From assembly GCA_964633995.1 (NCBI GenBank), contig CAZWKN010000005.1, forward strand, positions 920 through 64,919: 64,000 nucleotides of DNA, read 5' to 3'. The position numbers and the translations under genes were made by a program. The stretch comes from an uncultured Gammaproteobacteria bacterium. Its GTDB lineage: Bacteria > Patescibacteriota > Microgenomatia > CAZETR01 > Amesbacteraceae. Shown in pieces: positions 49,835-57,583 of the stretch; within the stretch, counting starts at the first letter, position 1, and the number at the start of each line of letters is the position of its first letter. The notes beneath the pieces are model-generated. The model saw nothing but the letters and a program-made list of their open reading frames with translations, did no database searches and was not told where the DNA came from.

Positions 49835-51124
49835 ATGCGTTTTTTTCTGCTGATTTCGTTCTTGCTCACATTTCTTTTGCTGGTTCTAATGCCAAAAAGT
49901 TTTAAACTCGGGCCTCGTACTTTTTATCGCCCAGTGATCAACGTGGGTTTTCAAAATTTAAAGTTCCAACGCGATTTAGACTTTCGTCTGGGCTTAGATC
50001 TCCAGGGGGGGACTCATTTAGCTTATCAAGCCGACGTCAAAAAAATTCCCGCCAAAGATAGAGATCAGGCAATTTCCGCCACTCGCCAAAACATAGAACG
50101 GAGGGTCAATTTATTAGGTGTCTCGGAAGCGCTTGTCCAGACATCAAAAACCGGTGATGACTATCGACTGATTGTAGAGTTGCCGGGAGCAAAAAACATC
50201 AAAGCGGCCTTACAAACTATCGGAGCTACCGCCCAGCTGGATTTTCGGGAAGTAGATCAGGCGACACCCGGCGCCGAACCGGTATTTACCCCCACCGATT
50301 TAACCGGTAAAGAACTTCAATTAGCCCAAGTTCAGTTTGGGGCAGGGGGAAATTCCGTAGGTAGCGAACCCTCGGTAGCCTTACAATTTTCAGAAGAAGG
50401 TGGTAAAAAATTTGCCGAAATTACCAAAAAAAGCATTGGCAAGCCATTGGCGATTTTTCTTGATGATCAAATTATAACCGCCCCAGTAGTCCGCGATGCC
50501 ATTACCGATGGCCGGGCCGTTATTAGTGGTAAGTTTAGTCTCGAAGACGCCAAGAGACTGGCAATTCAGTTAAACGCCGGAGCCCTTCCGGTTCCTATAA
50601 AAGTTATTGAACAAAGGAGTATCGGGGCTACCTTGGGAACGGAATCCATCGCCAAAAGTTTATTTGCGGGCTTGGTCGGTCTTCTTGTCATTTGGGCCTT
50701 CATGCTAATCAATTACGGTTTCAAGGGCTTACTTGCCAACATTGCCCTCACCATTTACGTATTAATCTCACTGGCCGCATTCAAATTAATCCCCGTTACC
50801 CTAACATTGGCTGGCATCGCCGGATTTGTCTTGTCGGTGGGTATGGCCGTGGATGCCAATATCCTTATTTTTGAGCGCATCAAGGAAGAAGTCCGCTGGG
50901 GTCGTCCCCGTCATGCCGCGCTGGAACTAGGATTTCACCGGGCCTGGAGTTCGGTTCGGGATTCAAACGTTAGCTCGCTTATTACAGCCGGTATTCTTTT
51001 CTGGTTTGGTAGTGGGCCGGTTAGGGGTTTTGCTCTGACCCTGATCTTTGGTATTTTAATTTCGCTATTTACATCCATTACCATCACCCGGGGATTGTTG
51101 AGAGCTACAGGAGGTAGGGCATGA
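49835..51124 (+). CDS. secD: Protein translocase subunit SecD
   Basis: LGLDLQGG, LNAGALPV, GMAVDANILIFERIKEE, VRGFALTL. Confidence 0.97.
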   Translation: MRFFLLISFLLTFLLLVLMPKSFKLGPRTFYRPVINVGFQNLKFQRDLDFRLGLDLQGGTHLAYQADVKKIPAKDRDQAISATRQNIERRVNLLGVSEALVQTSKTGDDYRLIVELPGAKNIKAALQTIGATAQLDFREVDQATPGAEPVFTPTDLTGKELQLAQVQFGAGGNSVGSEPSVALQFSEEGGKKFAEITKKSIGKPLAIFLDDQIITAPVVRDAITDGRAVISGKFSLEDAKRLAIQLNAGALPVPIKVIEQRSIGATLGTESIAKSLFAGLVGLLVIWAFMLINYGFKGLLANIALTIYVLISLAAFKLIPVTLTLAGIAGFVLSVGMAVDANILIFERIKEEVRWGRPRHAALELGFHRAWSSVRDSNVSSLITAGILFWFGSGPVRGFALTLIFGILISLFTSITITRGLLRATGGRA

Positions 51125-52014
51125 TGGGTATTCCATTCATGAAATACAAATGGGCTTACTTTGCCATTTCTTTATTGGTGCTTATTCCAGGATCAATTTC
51201 TTTGGTCGTCTTCGGTCTTCGCCTTTCGGTCGATTTTACCGGAGGAAGTCTTTTGGAAATTCAATCCAAATCTGCCATTTCCCAGCAGGTATTCAAAGAC
51301 ACTGCAAGCAAGTCGCATCTGGAACTTTCCTCCGTAGTTACCTCAAGCGATCTTGTATATTTACTTCGTTTCAAGCCGCTTACTCAGGCTCAAAACGACA
51401 CTTTCAAATTAGAGTTGGAAAAAGCAGCTGGAAAAATAACCGAACGGCGGTTTGAAACGGTTGGCCCGGCTATTGGTTCCGAATTAACCAAAAAAGCTAT
51501 CTTGTCAATTGTTGTGGCCTCGCTGTTTATTATTCTTTACATCTCCTGGGCTTTTAGGACAATTCCCAAACCGTATACTTCGTGGAAATTTGGTGTGTCA
51601 GCGGTCGTTGCCCTTATACACGACGCCCTGGTTGTCTTGGGTATATTTTCCATTTTTGGTCATTATTATAAAGTCGAAGTCGATTCCTTGTTTATTACCG
51701 CCCTCTTAACAGTTATCGGTTTTTCGGTTCATGACACCATAGTTGTTTTTGACAGGATCAGAGAAAATATGCCCAAACTTCCCAAAGCATCATTCTCGGA
51801 CGTAGTCGATTTCTCTCTTACTGAAACCCTTGGTAGATCGTTAAACACTTCGCTTACCGTGGTGCTTACACTTACTTCCCTGCTTCTTTTTGGAGGAGAA
51901 ACAACTCGCTGGTTTGTAACCGCTCTTCTTGTTGGAGTTGTGTCAGGCACCTTCAGTAGTATCTTCAACGCCGCCCCACTGCTTGTCTTGTGGGAAGAAA
52001 AAGGTAAAAAATAG
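51121..52014 (+). CDS. secF: Protein translocase subunit SecF
   Basis: VDFTGG, VGPAIG, ALIHD, GFSVHDTIVVFDRIRE, GTFSSIF. Confidence 0.97.
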   Translation: MMGIPFMKYKWAYFAISLLVLIPGSISLVVFGLRLSVDFTGGSLLEIQSKSAISQQVFKDTASKSHLELSSVVTSSDLVYLLRFKPLTQAQNDTFKLELEKAAGKITERRFETVGPAIGSELTKKAILSIVVASLFIILYISWAFRTIPKPYTSWKFGVSAVVALIHDALVVLGIFSIFGHYYKVEVDSLFITALLTVIGFSVHDTIVVFDRIRENMPKLPKASFSDVVDFSLTETLGRSLNTSLTVVLTLTSLLLFGGETTRWFVTALLVGVVSGTFSSIFNAAPLLVLWEEKGKK

Positions 52015-52028
52015 TCTAGAATGACTTT

Positions 52029-52388
52029 GTGAACCTCAGATATAACAGAGTTTCTCTTAAACCACGTCGCAGACAATTAAGAAAAAATTCAACTCATTGT
52101 GAACAGTTGTTATGGGGAGAAATTAGAAACAGGAAGCTCAAATATAAATTTATTAGGCAGTATAGCGTAGATGGTTATGTAATGGATTTTTATTCACCGG
52201 AAGCAAGATTGGGAATCGAGATCGAAGGGGAGATTCATAAATTTACAAAGAAATACGATAAATATCGAGAAAAATATATAAGTGCGTTTTGGATAAAGAT
52301 TTTAAAATTTAAGAACGATGATATCCAAAACAATATTACCTTTGTCGTGGAAACAATAAAACGAAACCTTGACTCCCCCTCTATTTAA
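52029..52388 (+). CDS. DUF559 / Vsr-like endonuclease, copy 2
   Basis: LRKNSTHCEQLLWGEIR, KFIRQ, YVMDFYSPE, IEIEGEIH, FKNDDI; TAGAAT 6 nt before GTG; stop codon lies inside the repeat loop. Confidence 0.9.
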   Translation: MNLRYNRVSLKPRRRQLRKNSTHCEQLLWGEIRNRKLKYKFIRQYSVDGYVMDFYSPEARLGIEIEGEIHKFTKKYDKYREKYISAFWIKILKFKNDDIQNNITFVVETIKRNLDSPSI

Positions 52389-52485
52389 CTAAAGAGAGGG
52401 GGGCTGGGGGGTGAGTTAAACACAAACAAATCAAGTTTTCTCCCCCTCTATTTAACTAAAGAGAGGGGGGCTGGGGGGTGAGTTA
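52373..52485 (+). repeat. Hairpin-tail element copies 4 and 5 (identical 46-bp direct repeats, 67-bp period)
   Basis: CTCCCCCTCTATTTAACTAAAGAGAGGGGGGCTGGGGGGTGAGTTA at 52373-52418 and 52440-52485. Confidence 0.93.
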
Positions 52486-53685
52486 CACCTTCAACTTCCC
52501 TTTAGTAATCTCCCCCAAATTAGCCAAAATATTTGATTTAAAGTTAAAAGTTAATTGCGACTTTTCTTCATATCTTTTTTCAGCCAGTGCTATCAACTTA
52601 TCCAAAAAGCTGGCATAAGTGTAACCCGATGCAGTCCATAGGAAATGCGCCAAACTTCCGGGAATGGTGTTCAATTCGTTTATATAAATCATTTTCTCAT
52701 CCCGGCTTACTAGAAAATCTGCTCTAGTAAAACCAAATCCGTCGATAGCCGAAAAAGCTTGTTTAGCAAAGTCACTGATCTTTTTCAAAGTACCAGGTTT
52801 TATTGGAGCCGGAATAATGTGTTGGCCCGACGCCATGCCGGCGTTTTTTAGCCCGGTTTTTGTCCCCTTAGACATGTATTTGTCCTCATATGACAGAAGT
52901 CCTTTAGAAGGTACATATTCGCACACAGATGTTTCCAATTCGTCGCCAGAATTACCCATCACCGAAATATTTATTTCCATAAAATTCTCCGCCGATTCCT
53001 CGACCAAAATTTTTCGGTCATAAAAGCACGCCACGTCAATCGCATCTTTCAATTCGGTGGTGGTAGTGGCTCTGGAAATACCAATACTGGATCCACCATT
53101 GCACGGCTTTACATACACCGGCAATTTAAGTTTAGTTAATTTGCGCAATATCATTTCGGCATTTTCTCTCCAGTCCTTCCTGAAAAAATACTGATACTTA
53201 ACTTGTGGGAGGCCGGCCTGAGTAAAAATTTGTTTTTGGATGATTTTGTCCATCCCAAGCGCGGATCCCACTACTCCACATCCTACATATGGCACATTTA
53301 ACAACTCCAATAGTCCCTGTGTGCAACCATCCTCGCCGTTCGTGCCATGAAAAATAGGGAAAATTACATCAGCCTGTTCCAGGGTCTGTATCAGGTTGGT
53401 AGACCCAATCGCCCGAATCTGTTTTGCCAACTTGCCCTTGTCGCTCAAAGAAATCGTCACGCCCGGATTGTTTTCTTCCAATGAAACCAAATCTTTATAT
53501 TTATTGGGGGAAAGAAAAGCATCGTTGCCCAAAATCCACTTACCCGATTTACTGACATAAATAGGTACCAGGTCATACTTGGACCTGTCCAGGTTTTCCA
53601 TTGCTTGGAGTGCCGAAATAATCGAAATCTCATGCTCAGTCGACTTTCCTCCAAACAACACCACCAATCTCTTTTTGGTCATCAC
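52483..53685 (-). CDS. ddl: D-alanine--D-alanine ligase
   Basis: LFGGKSTEHEIS, FHGTNGEDG, MDK, KPCNGGSSIG, INELNTIPG. Confidence 0.97.
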   Translation of the reverse strand: MMTKKRLVVLFGGKSTEHEISIISALQAMENLDRSKYDLVPIYVSKSGKWILGNDAFLSPNKYKDLVSLEENNPGVTISLSDKGKLAKQIRAIGSTNLIQTLEQADVIFPIFHGTNGEDGCTQGLLELLNVPYVGCGVVGSALGMDKIIQKQIFTQAGLPQVKYQYFFRKDWRENAEMILRKLTKLKLPVYVKPCNGGSSIGISRATTTTELKDAIDVACFYDRKILVEESAENFMEINISVMGNSGDELETSVCEYVPSKGLLSYEDKYMSKGTKTGLKNAGMASGQHIIPAPIKPGTLKKISDFAKQAFSAIDGFGFTRADFLVSRDEKMIYINELNTIPGSLAHFLWTASGYTYASFLDKLIALAEKRYEEKSQLTFNFKSNILANLGEITKGKLKV

Positions 53686-55049
53686 AACGATTCTAGCACA
53701 CCGATCAAAACTTCTCTTTCATTGGCTATCCCATTATTTACCACCTCGTCAAACAATTGTTGCAGATATTTACCCACTTCTGGGCCGGGGCCTATTTTCT
53801 TAATCTCCATCACATCTTTTCCGCTTACTTTCAAGTCAGGTATGGCAAAAGGTTGTACCTGTACTTCTTCAATTCGCCTCTTGTATTCTTCCAGTCTCCA
53901 GCTCGTTTCCCTAGCTCCACCTCCCAATCGGTCGCCGGTTCTAAGAGCCAGCATGTCAGAGATATTATCTTTACCCACGTTGACAATAAATCTTCTAATT
54001 GCCGAATCAGTCTGCCGCTCATCTACGCTAAACTGGTGCCACCTCACCAATCTGACAAACTTATCTTTTTGGTCGTTTGAAAACCTTAATCTCCCGGCAA
54101 TGTCCTCTGCAATTCTGGCCGATTCCATCTCGTGGTTATAAAAAGTTATCCTGCCGTCAGGATATTTACGGCATGTTTTCACCTTACCTACATCGTGAAT
54201 CAGTGTTGCTAGACGGGTAATTGGATCTGTGCTGGTACACGTTCTTAGTGATTCCACGCAATGTGTCCCTACGTCATAAATATGATGTCTTCCGGGGCTT
54301 TTTTGTTCGACTCCAAATGTTTTTTCCATTTCAGGCAAAATAATTTGAGCCAACCCGGTGTTGCGGAGCAATTTATATCCGTCTGCAGGAAACTCACACG
54401 CCATAATTTTAAGCAGTTCGTCTCGGATTCTTTCAAAAGAAACTTGGCCAATTTTTTCAGAATTAGTTTTAATGGCTTCAAATGTACCTTCTTCAATAGC
54501 AAATCCCAGTTGAGCCCCAATTCTAACCGCCCTCATCATCCGCAGGGCGTCTTCAGAAAATCGGTCGTTTGGGTTCCCCACTGTCCTAATCATTCTATTT
54601 TCCAGATCATTTTTCCCATCAAACAAATCAACCAGTTCAAACTCCTTAGCACTTTGCCCTTCACCCTTCGCACTTTTTTTGAGTGCCATCGCGTTGATCG
54701 TAAAATCTCTTCGGGCCAAATCTTCGGCCAAGTCGTTTCCCCATTTCACTTCATCGGGATGTCTGCCGTCCGAATACCCATGCTCAGTACGAAATGTAGT
54801 AATTTCCAGTGGCTTACCGTCGGTTTTTACTCCCACAGTCCCAAATTTGTTGTCATAAAATCCGTTTTCGCCCACCAGTTCCAATATTTCCTCCGGCTTG
54901 GCGTTAGTTGTAAAATCCCAGTCACCCAATTCCCGTTTCAAAAAAATATCCCTGACCACTCCGCCTACTACGTATATTTCAAAACCGTTTTTTTTAAAAA
55001 GATGCAGGATATGTTGAACTTGGTCTGGTACGTCAATTTTCAATAACAT
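53682..55049 (-). CDS. cca: CCA-adding tRNA nucleotidyltransferase with HD domain
   Basis: VGGVVRD, DWDFTT, EITTFR, DLARRDFTINAM, RFSEDALRMMR, LIHDVGK. Confidence 0.93.
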   Translation of the reverse strand: MLLKIDVPDQVQHILHLFKKNGFEIYVVGGVVRDIFLKRELGDWDFTTNAKPEEILELVGENGFYDNKFGTVGVKTDGKPLEITTFRTEHGYSDGRHPDEVKWGNDLAEDLARRDFTINAMALKKSAKGEGQSAKEFELVDLFDGKNDLENRMIRTVGNPNDRFSEDALRMMRAVRIGAQLGFAIEEGTFEAIKTNSEKIGQVSFERIRDELLKIMACEFPADGYKLLRNTGLAQIILPEMEKTFGVEQKSPGRHHIYDVGTHCVESLRTCTSTDPITRLATLIHDVGKVKTCRKYPDGRITFYNHEMESARIAEDIAGRLRFSNDQKDKFVRLVRWHQFSVDERQTDSAIRRFIVNVGKDNISDMLALRTGDRLGGGARETSWRLEEYKRRIEEVQVQPFAIPDLKVSGKDVMEIKKIGPGPEVGKYLQQLFDEVVNNGIANEREVLIGVLESL

Positions 55050-55066
55050 GCTGTTAAAATCATATC

Positions 55067-56683
55067 ATGACTCTCGACTCTATCATCCAACTTCTTCTCA
55101 AAAATCGCGGTCTGACGACCAAAAAAGCTATCGCGGATTTTTTTTCACCTCCCCATCCCAACGATATCATCTCACCCTTTGACTCCAAACCTGCTATCGA
55201 CTTAATTCATAGTCACATAGCTCAAAATAACCCCATTGCCGTTTATGGCGACTACGACGTCGATGGTATCTGTTCAACAGCAATTTTGTGGGAGACGTTG
55301 CATGCAGAATATCCGCATGTTTTTCCCCACATTCCTCACCGAAGGCTTGAAGGTTACGGCTTGTCTATTGCCGGGATCGATCATTGTCTTGCCCAGGGTG
55401 CCAAACTAATTATTGCTGTAGACAACGGTATTACTGCCGTGGATCAGGTTAAGTATTGTCGTGACCATGGATGTGACATTTTAATCATCGACCACCACGA
55501 AAAAGGTTCAACGCTTCCGGATACGCAATATGTACTACACGCTACGGATTGTTGTGCCGCCGGCCTGACCTGGTTTTTCTGCCGAGACTACATTAAAAAA
55601 TTCCCCTCTCCTGAATTAAGGAGAGGGGGCAGGGGTGAGGTTTTAGAACTAGTCTCTCTCGCCACCATATGTGACATGGTTCCTCTAATTGGCACCAACC
55701 GTTCTTTTGCCAAATTTGGATTAGAGCAATTAAACCACACCACCCGCCCCGGCCTCCTTGCCTTATTTCAAAAAGCCTCTCTAACCCCTAACACCCAACC
55801 CCTAACCACCTATCATATCGGTTTTCTCATCGGTCCTCGTCTCAATGCCATGGGTAGATTGGAGCACGCTATCGACAGTCTCCGTCTGCTTTGTACCAAA
55901 GATCCGATCAAGGCAGATTCAATCGCCACTTTACTAAACGACACCAACAAGCTTCGCCAGGATCTTACTGAGTCAGCCGTAAAAAACGCAACAAATTCAC
56001 TATCCCCTAGCTCCCTATCCCCAGTAATAGTTGTCTCCAGCTCGGATTACGACGAAGGGGTTATCGGGTTAATCGCTTCCAAGTTAGTTGAAAAATTTCA
56101 TCATCCGGCAATCGCTATTAGTGTAGGGGAGACCGTGTCCAAAGGTTCAGCCAGATCTATTCCCGGTTTTGATATTACAGCTCATTTGCGCCAGTTTTCC
56201 GGTTTGTTGGTAAGCATAGGTGGTCACACCATGGCCGCTGGTTTCACCATCGAAACCTCAAGGATCCAGGATCTAGTATCTAGCATCTCCCATCCAGATA
56301 TCCCCAAGGAGTTGTTGCAAAAAACCCAACGTGTCGATTGCGAAATTCCATTGTCGATTGTCAATTCTCAATTATCAACTGCACTCAAATCTTTCGAGCC
56401 ATTTGGCCTTGGCAACCCCACTCCGGTTTTTCAATCACAAGCCGAAATTTCATCGATCAAAACCATGGGCAGTATGGGACAACATGCCAGGTTAACTCTA
56501 AAGGATTGTCCATTCGATGCCGTCTGGTTCAACGCCACATTCCCCTCTCCTGAAATGAGGAGAGGGGGTAGGGGTGAGGTTGTGGGAGAAGTTTGGAACA
56601 TAATTTATACTCTCTCCGAAAACACCTACAACGGCCAAACCAAACTCCAGCTACTCATCAAATCCGTTACCCCCTCTCCATGA
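55067..56683 (+). CDS. recJ: ssDNA exonuclease RecJ (with multiple repeat-derived inserts)
   Basis: YGDYDVDG, AVDNG, IIDHH, GPRLNAMGRL, KGSARS, GGHTMAAG, EPFGLGNP. Confidence 0.97.
   Translation: MTLDSIIQLLLKNRGLTTKKAIADFFSPPHPNDIISPFDSKPAIDLIHSHIAQNNPIAVYGDYDVDGICSTAILWETLHAEYPHVFPHIPHRRLEGYGLSIAGIDHCLAQGAKLIIAVDNGITAVDQVKYCRDHGCDILIIDHHEKGSTLPDTQYVLHATDCCAAGLTWFFCRDYIKKFPSPELRRGGRGEVLELVSLATICDMVPLIGTNRSFAKFGLEQLNHTTRPGLLALFQKASLTPNTQPLTTYHIGFLIGPRLNAMGRLEHAIDSLRLLCTKDPIKADSIATLLNDTNKLRQDLTESAVKNATNSLSPSSLSPVIVVSSSDYDEGVIGLIASKLVEKFHHPAIAISVGETVSKGSARSIPGFDITAHLRQFSGLLVSIGGHTMAAGFTIETSRIQDLVSSISHPDIPKELLQKTQRVDCEIPLSIVNSQLSTALKSFEPFGLGNPTPVFQSQAEISSIKTMGSMGQHARLTLKDCPFDAVWFNATFPSPEMRRGGRGEVVGEVWNIIYTLSENTYNGQTKLQLLIKSVTPSP
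55601..55642 (+). repeat. Hairpin-tail element copy 6, in frame in recJ
   Basis: TTCCCCTCTCCTGAATTAAGGAGAGGGGGCAGGGGTGAGGTT encodes FPSPELRRGGRGEV. Confidence 0.92.
56540..56581 (+). repeat. Hairpin-tail element copy 7, in frame in recJ
   Basis: TTCCCCTCTCCTGAAATGAGGAGAGGGGGTAGGGGTGAGGTT encodes FPSPEMRRGGRGEV. Confidence 0.92.
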
Positions 56684-56990
56684 TTATGGAGAGGGGGGGC
56701 CTGCCCGCCGGCAGGCGGGGGTGAGGTGGAATATTATGTCATCGCTAAACCCGCCCTGGCGGGTGTGGCGATCTTGGGTAGAGATTGCTTCTCTTCGTTC
56801 GCAATGACATAAAACTGTTCGTGCACCCCCCTCTTAAATTAAGAGGGGGGAAGGGGGGTGATATCTCTCTTATGGTGTCATCGCGAACCCGCCCCGGCAA
56901 TCCCATATTGTCATCGCGAACCCGCCTTGGCGGATGTGGAGATCTACATCTCCCTCTCCTGAAATGAGGAGAGGGAATAAGGGAGAGGTC
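56670..56990 (+). repeat. Mosaic repeat cluster: three hairpin-tail-type units interleaved with TGTCATCGCG-type REP-like palindromes
   Basis: Hairpins at 56670-56729 (copy 8; nested palindrome; contains recJ TGA), 56826-56862 (copy 9) and 56951-56989 (degenerate tail, not numbered); TGTCATCGC...CCCGCC units at 56737, 56876, 56909; inverted partner GAGATTGCTTC...CGCAATGACA ending 56809. Confidence 0.88.
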
Positions 56991-56998
56991 ATAATAAG

Positions 56999-57184
56999 CT
57001 AAGTTCTAGCTGTTCTTGCTCTTTGTGCGACCTTTTTATCTTCTTCAGCTCTTCTCCTTTGCGCTTCAGTGGGTCTGAATTGTGGCACTAGCCCCAAAAC
57101 CGCATTCATAATCATATCTCTCATGGGCAACCCCGCTTCGTGAGCGCAACCAAATTTTGCAGGTTTTGCTTCTGTTGCTGCCAT
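56999..57184 (-). CDS. Hypothetical 61-aa protein
   Basis: Perfect SD AAGGAGGTGA 6 nt before ATG; downstream of a structured leader. Confidence 0.7.
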   Translation of the reverse strand: MAATEAKPAKFGCAHEAGLPMRDMIMNAVLGLVPQFRPTEAQRRRAEEDKKVAQRARTART

Positions 57185-57205
57185 ATTTTTTCACCTCCTT
57201 CAACT

Positions 57206-57345
57206 AAAAAACCCCGCTTTTTGCGGGGTATTTGTAAAAAATAAATAACGTTTCTTACATTCCCCCGCGGATTGCCCAGTTAAGGACAATACGAAGCCCG
57301 CCCTTAATAATGGCGTGCTGGGAAAATGTATGCATCAAAGACATG
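57206..57345 (-). ncRNA. Candidate riboswitch/structured leader (three-way junction plus terminator)
   Basis: Minus strand P1 TACATTTTCCC/GGGGGAATGTA, P2 CGCC/GGCG, P3 ATTGTCC/GGGCAAT; terminator ACCCCGC/GCGGGGT+T-run; promoter TTGACT-18-TAAAAT. Confidence 0.55.
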
Positions 57346-57351
57346 TGAAAC

Positions 57352-57391
57352 ATTTTAATATCTTGACTTAAGTTTAGTCAAGAACGATAAT
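57352..57391. promoter_or_regulatory. Divergent overlapping sigma70-type promoters
   Basis: Palindrome TCTTGACT-N7-AGTCAAGA gives a TTGACT -35 on each strand; + strand -10 GATAAT (17 bp), - strand -10 TAAAAT (18 bp). Confidence 0.6.
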
Positions 57392-57397
57392 ACCCTC

Positions 57398-57528
57398 AAA
57401 GCGTTATTAGTCTGCCGACACCAGACGAGCTTCCCGAAAAAACCGGGACGGACCCATCCGTAAAAGTGGAAATCAAGACCCCTGATGTGGATGGCACCTT
57501 GGATCCGCACCATTAAAGGGTCTTTTTT
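57398..57528 (+). promoter_or_regulatory. Compact T-box-like riboswitch (Asp specifier) upstream of aspS
   Basis: Stem GTCTG/CAGAC with loop CCGACAC (GAC=Asp), CCGTAA F-box-like motif, GTGGA-TGGCACC-..TCCGC bulge, AAGACCC/GGGTCTT+T-run. Confidence 0.7.
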
Positions 57529-57536
57529 GTTTTTAT

Positions 57537-57578
57537 TTCCCCTCTTAGATTAAGAGGGGAACCCGAAGGAGGGGTGAT
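57537..57578 (+). repeat. Hairpin-tail element variant (copy 10) directly before aspS
   Basis: TTCCCCTCTTAGATTAAGAGGGGAA-CCCGAAGG-AGGGGTGAT. Confidence 0.8.
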
Positions 57579-57583
57579 ATTTT

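Noticed and set aside
54261-55046. 261-aa + strand ORF and other shadow ORFs inside rpoBC, ftsK, infB etc.
   Set aside because: Antisense or alternate-frame shadows of well-supported genes, with no motifs
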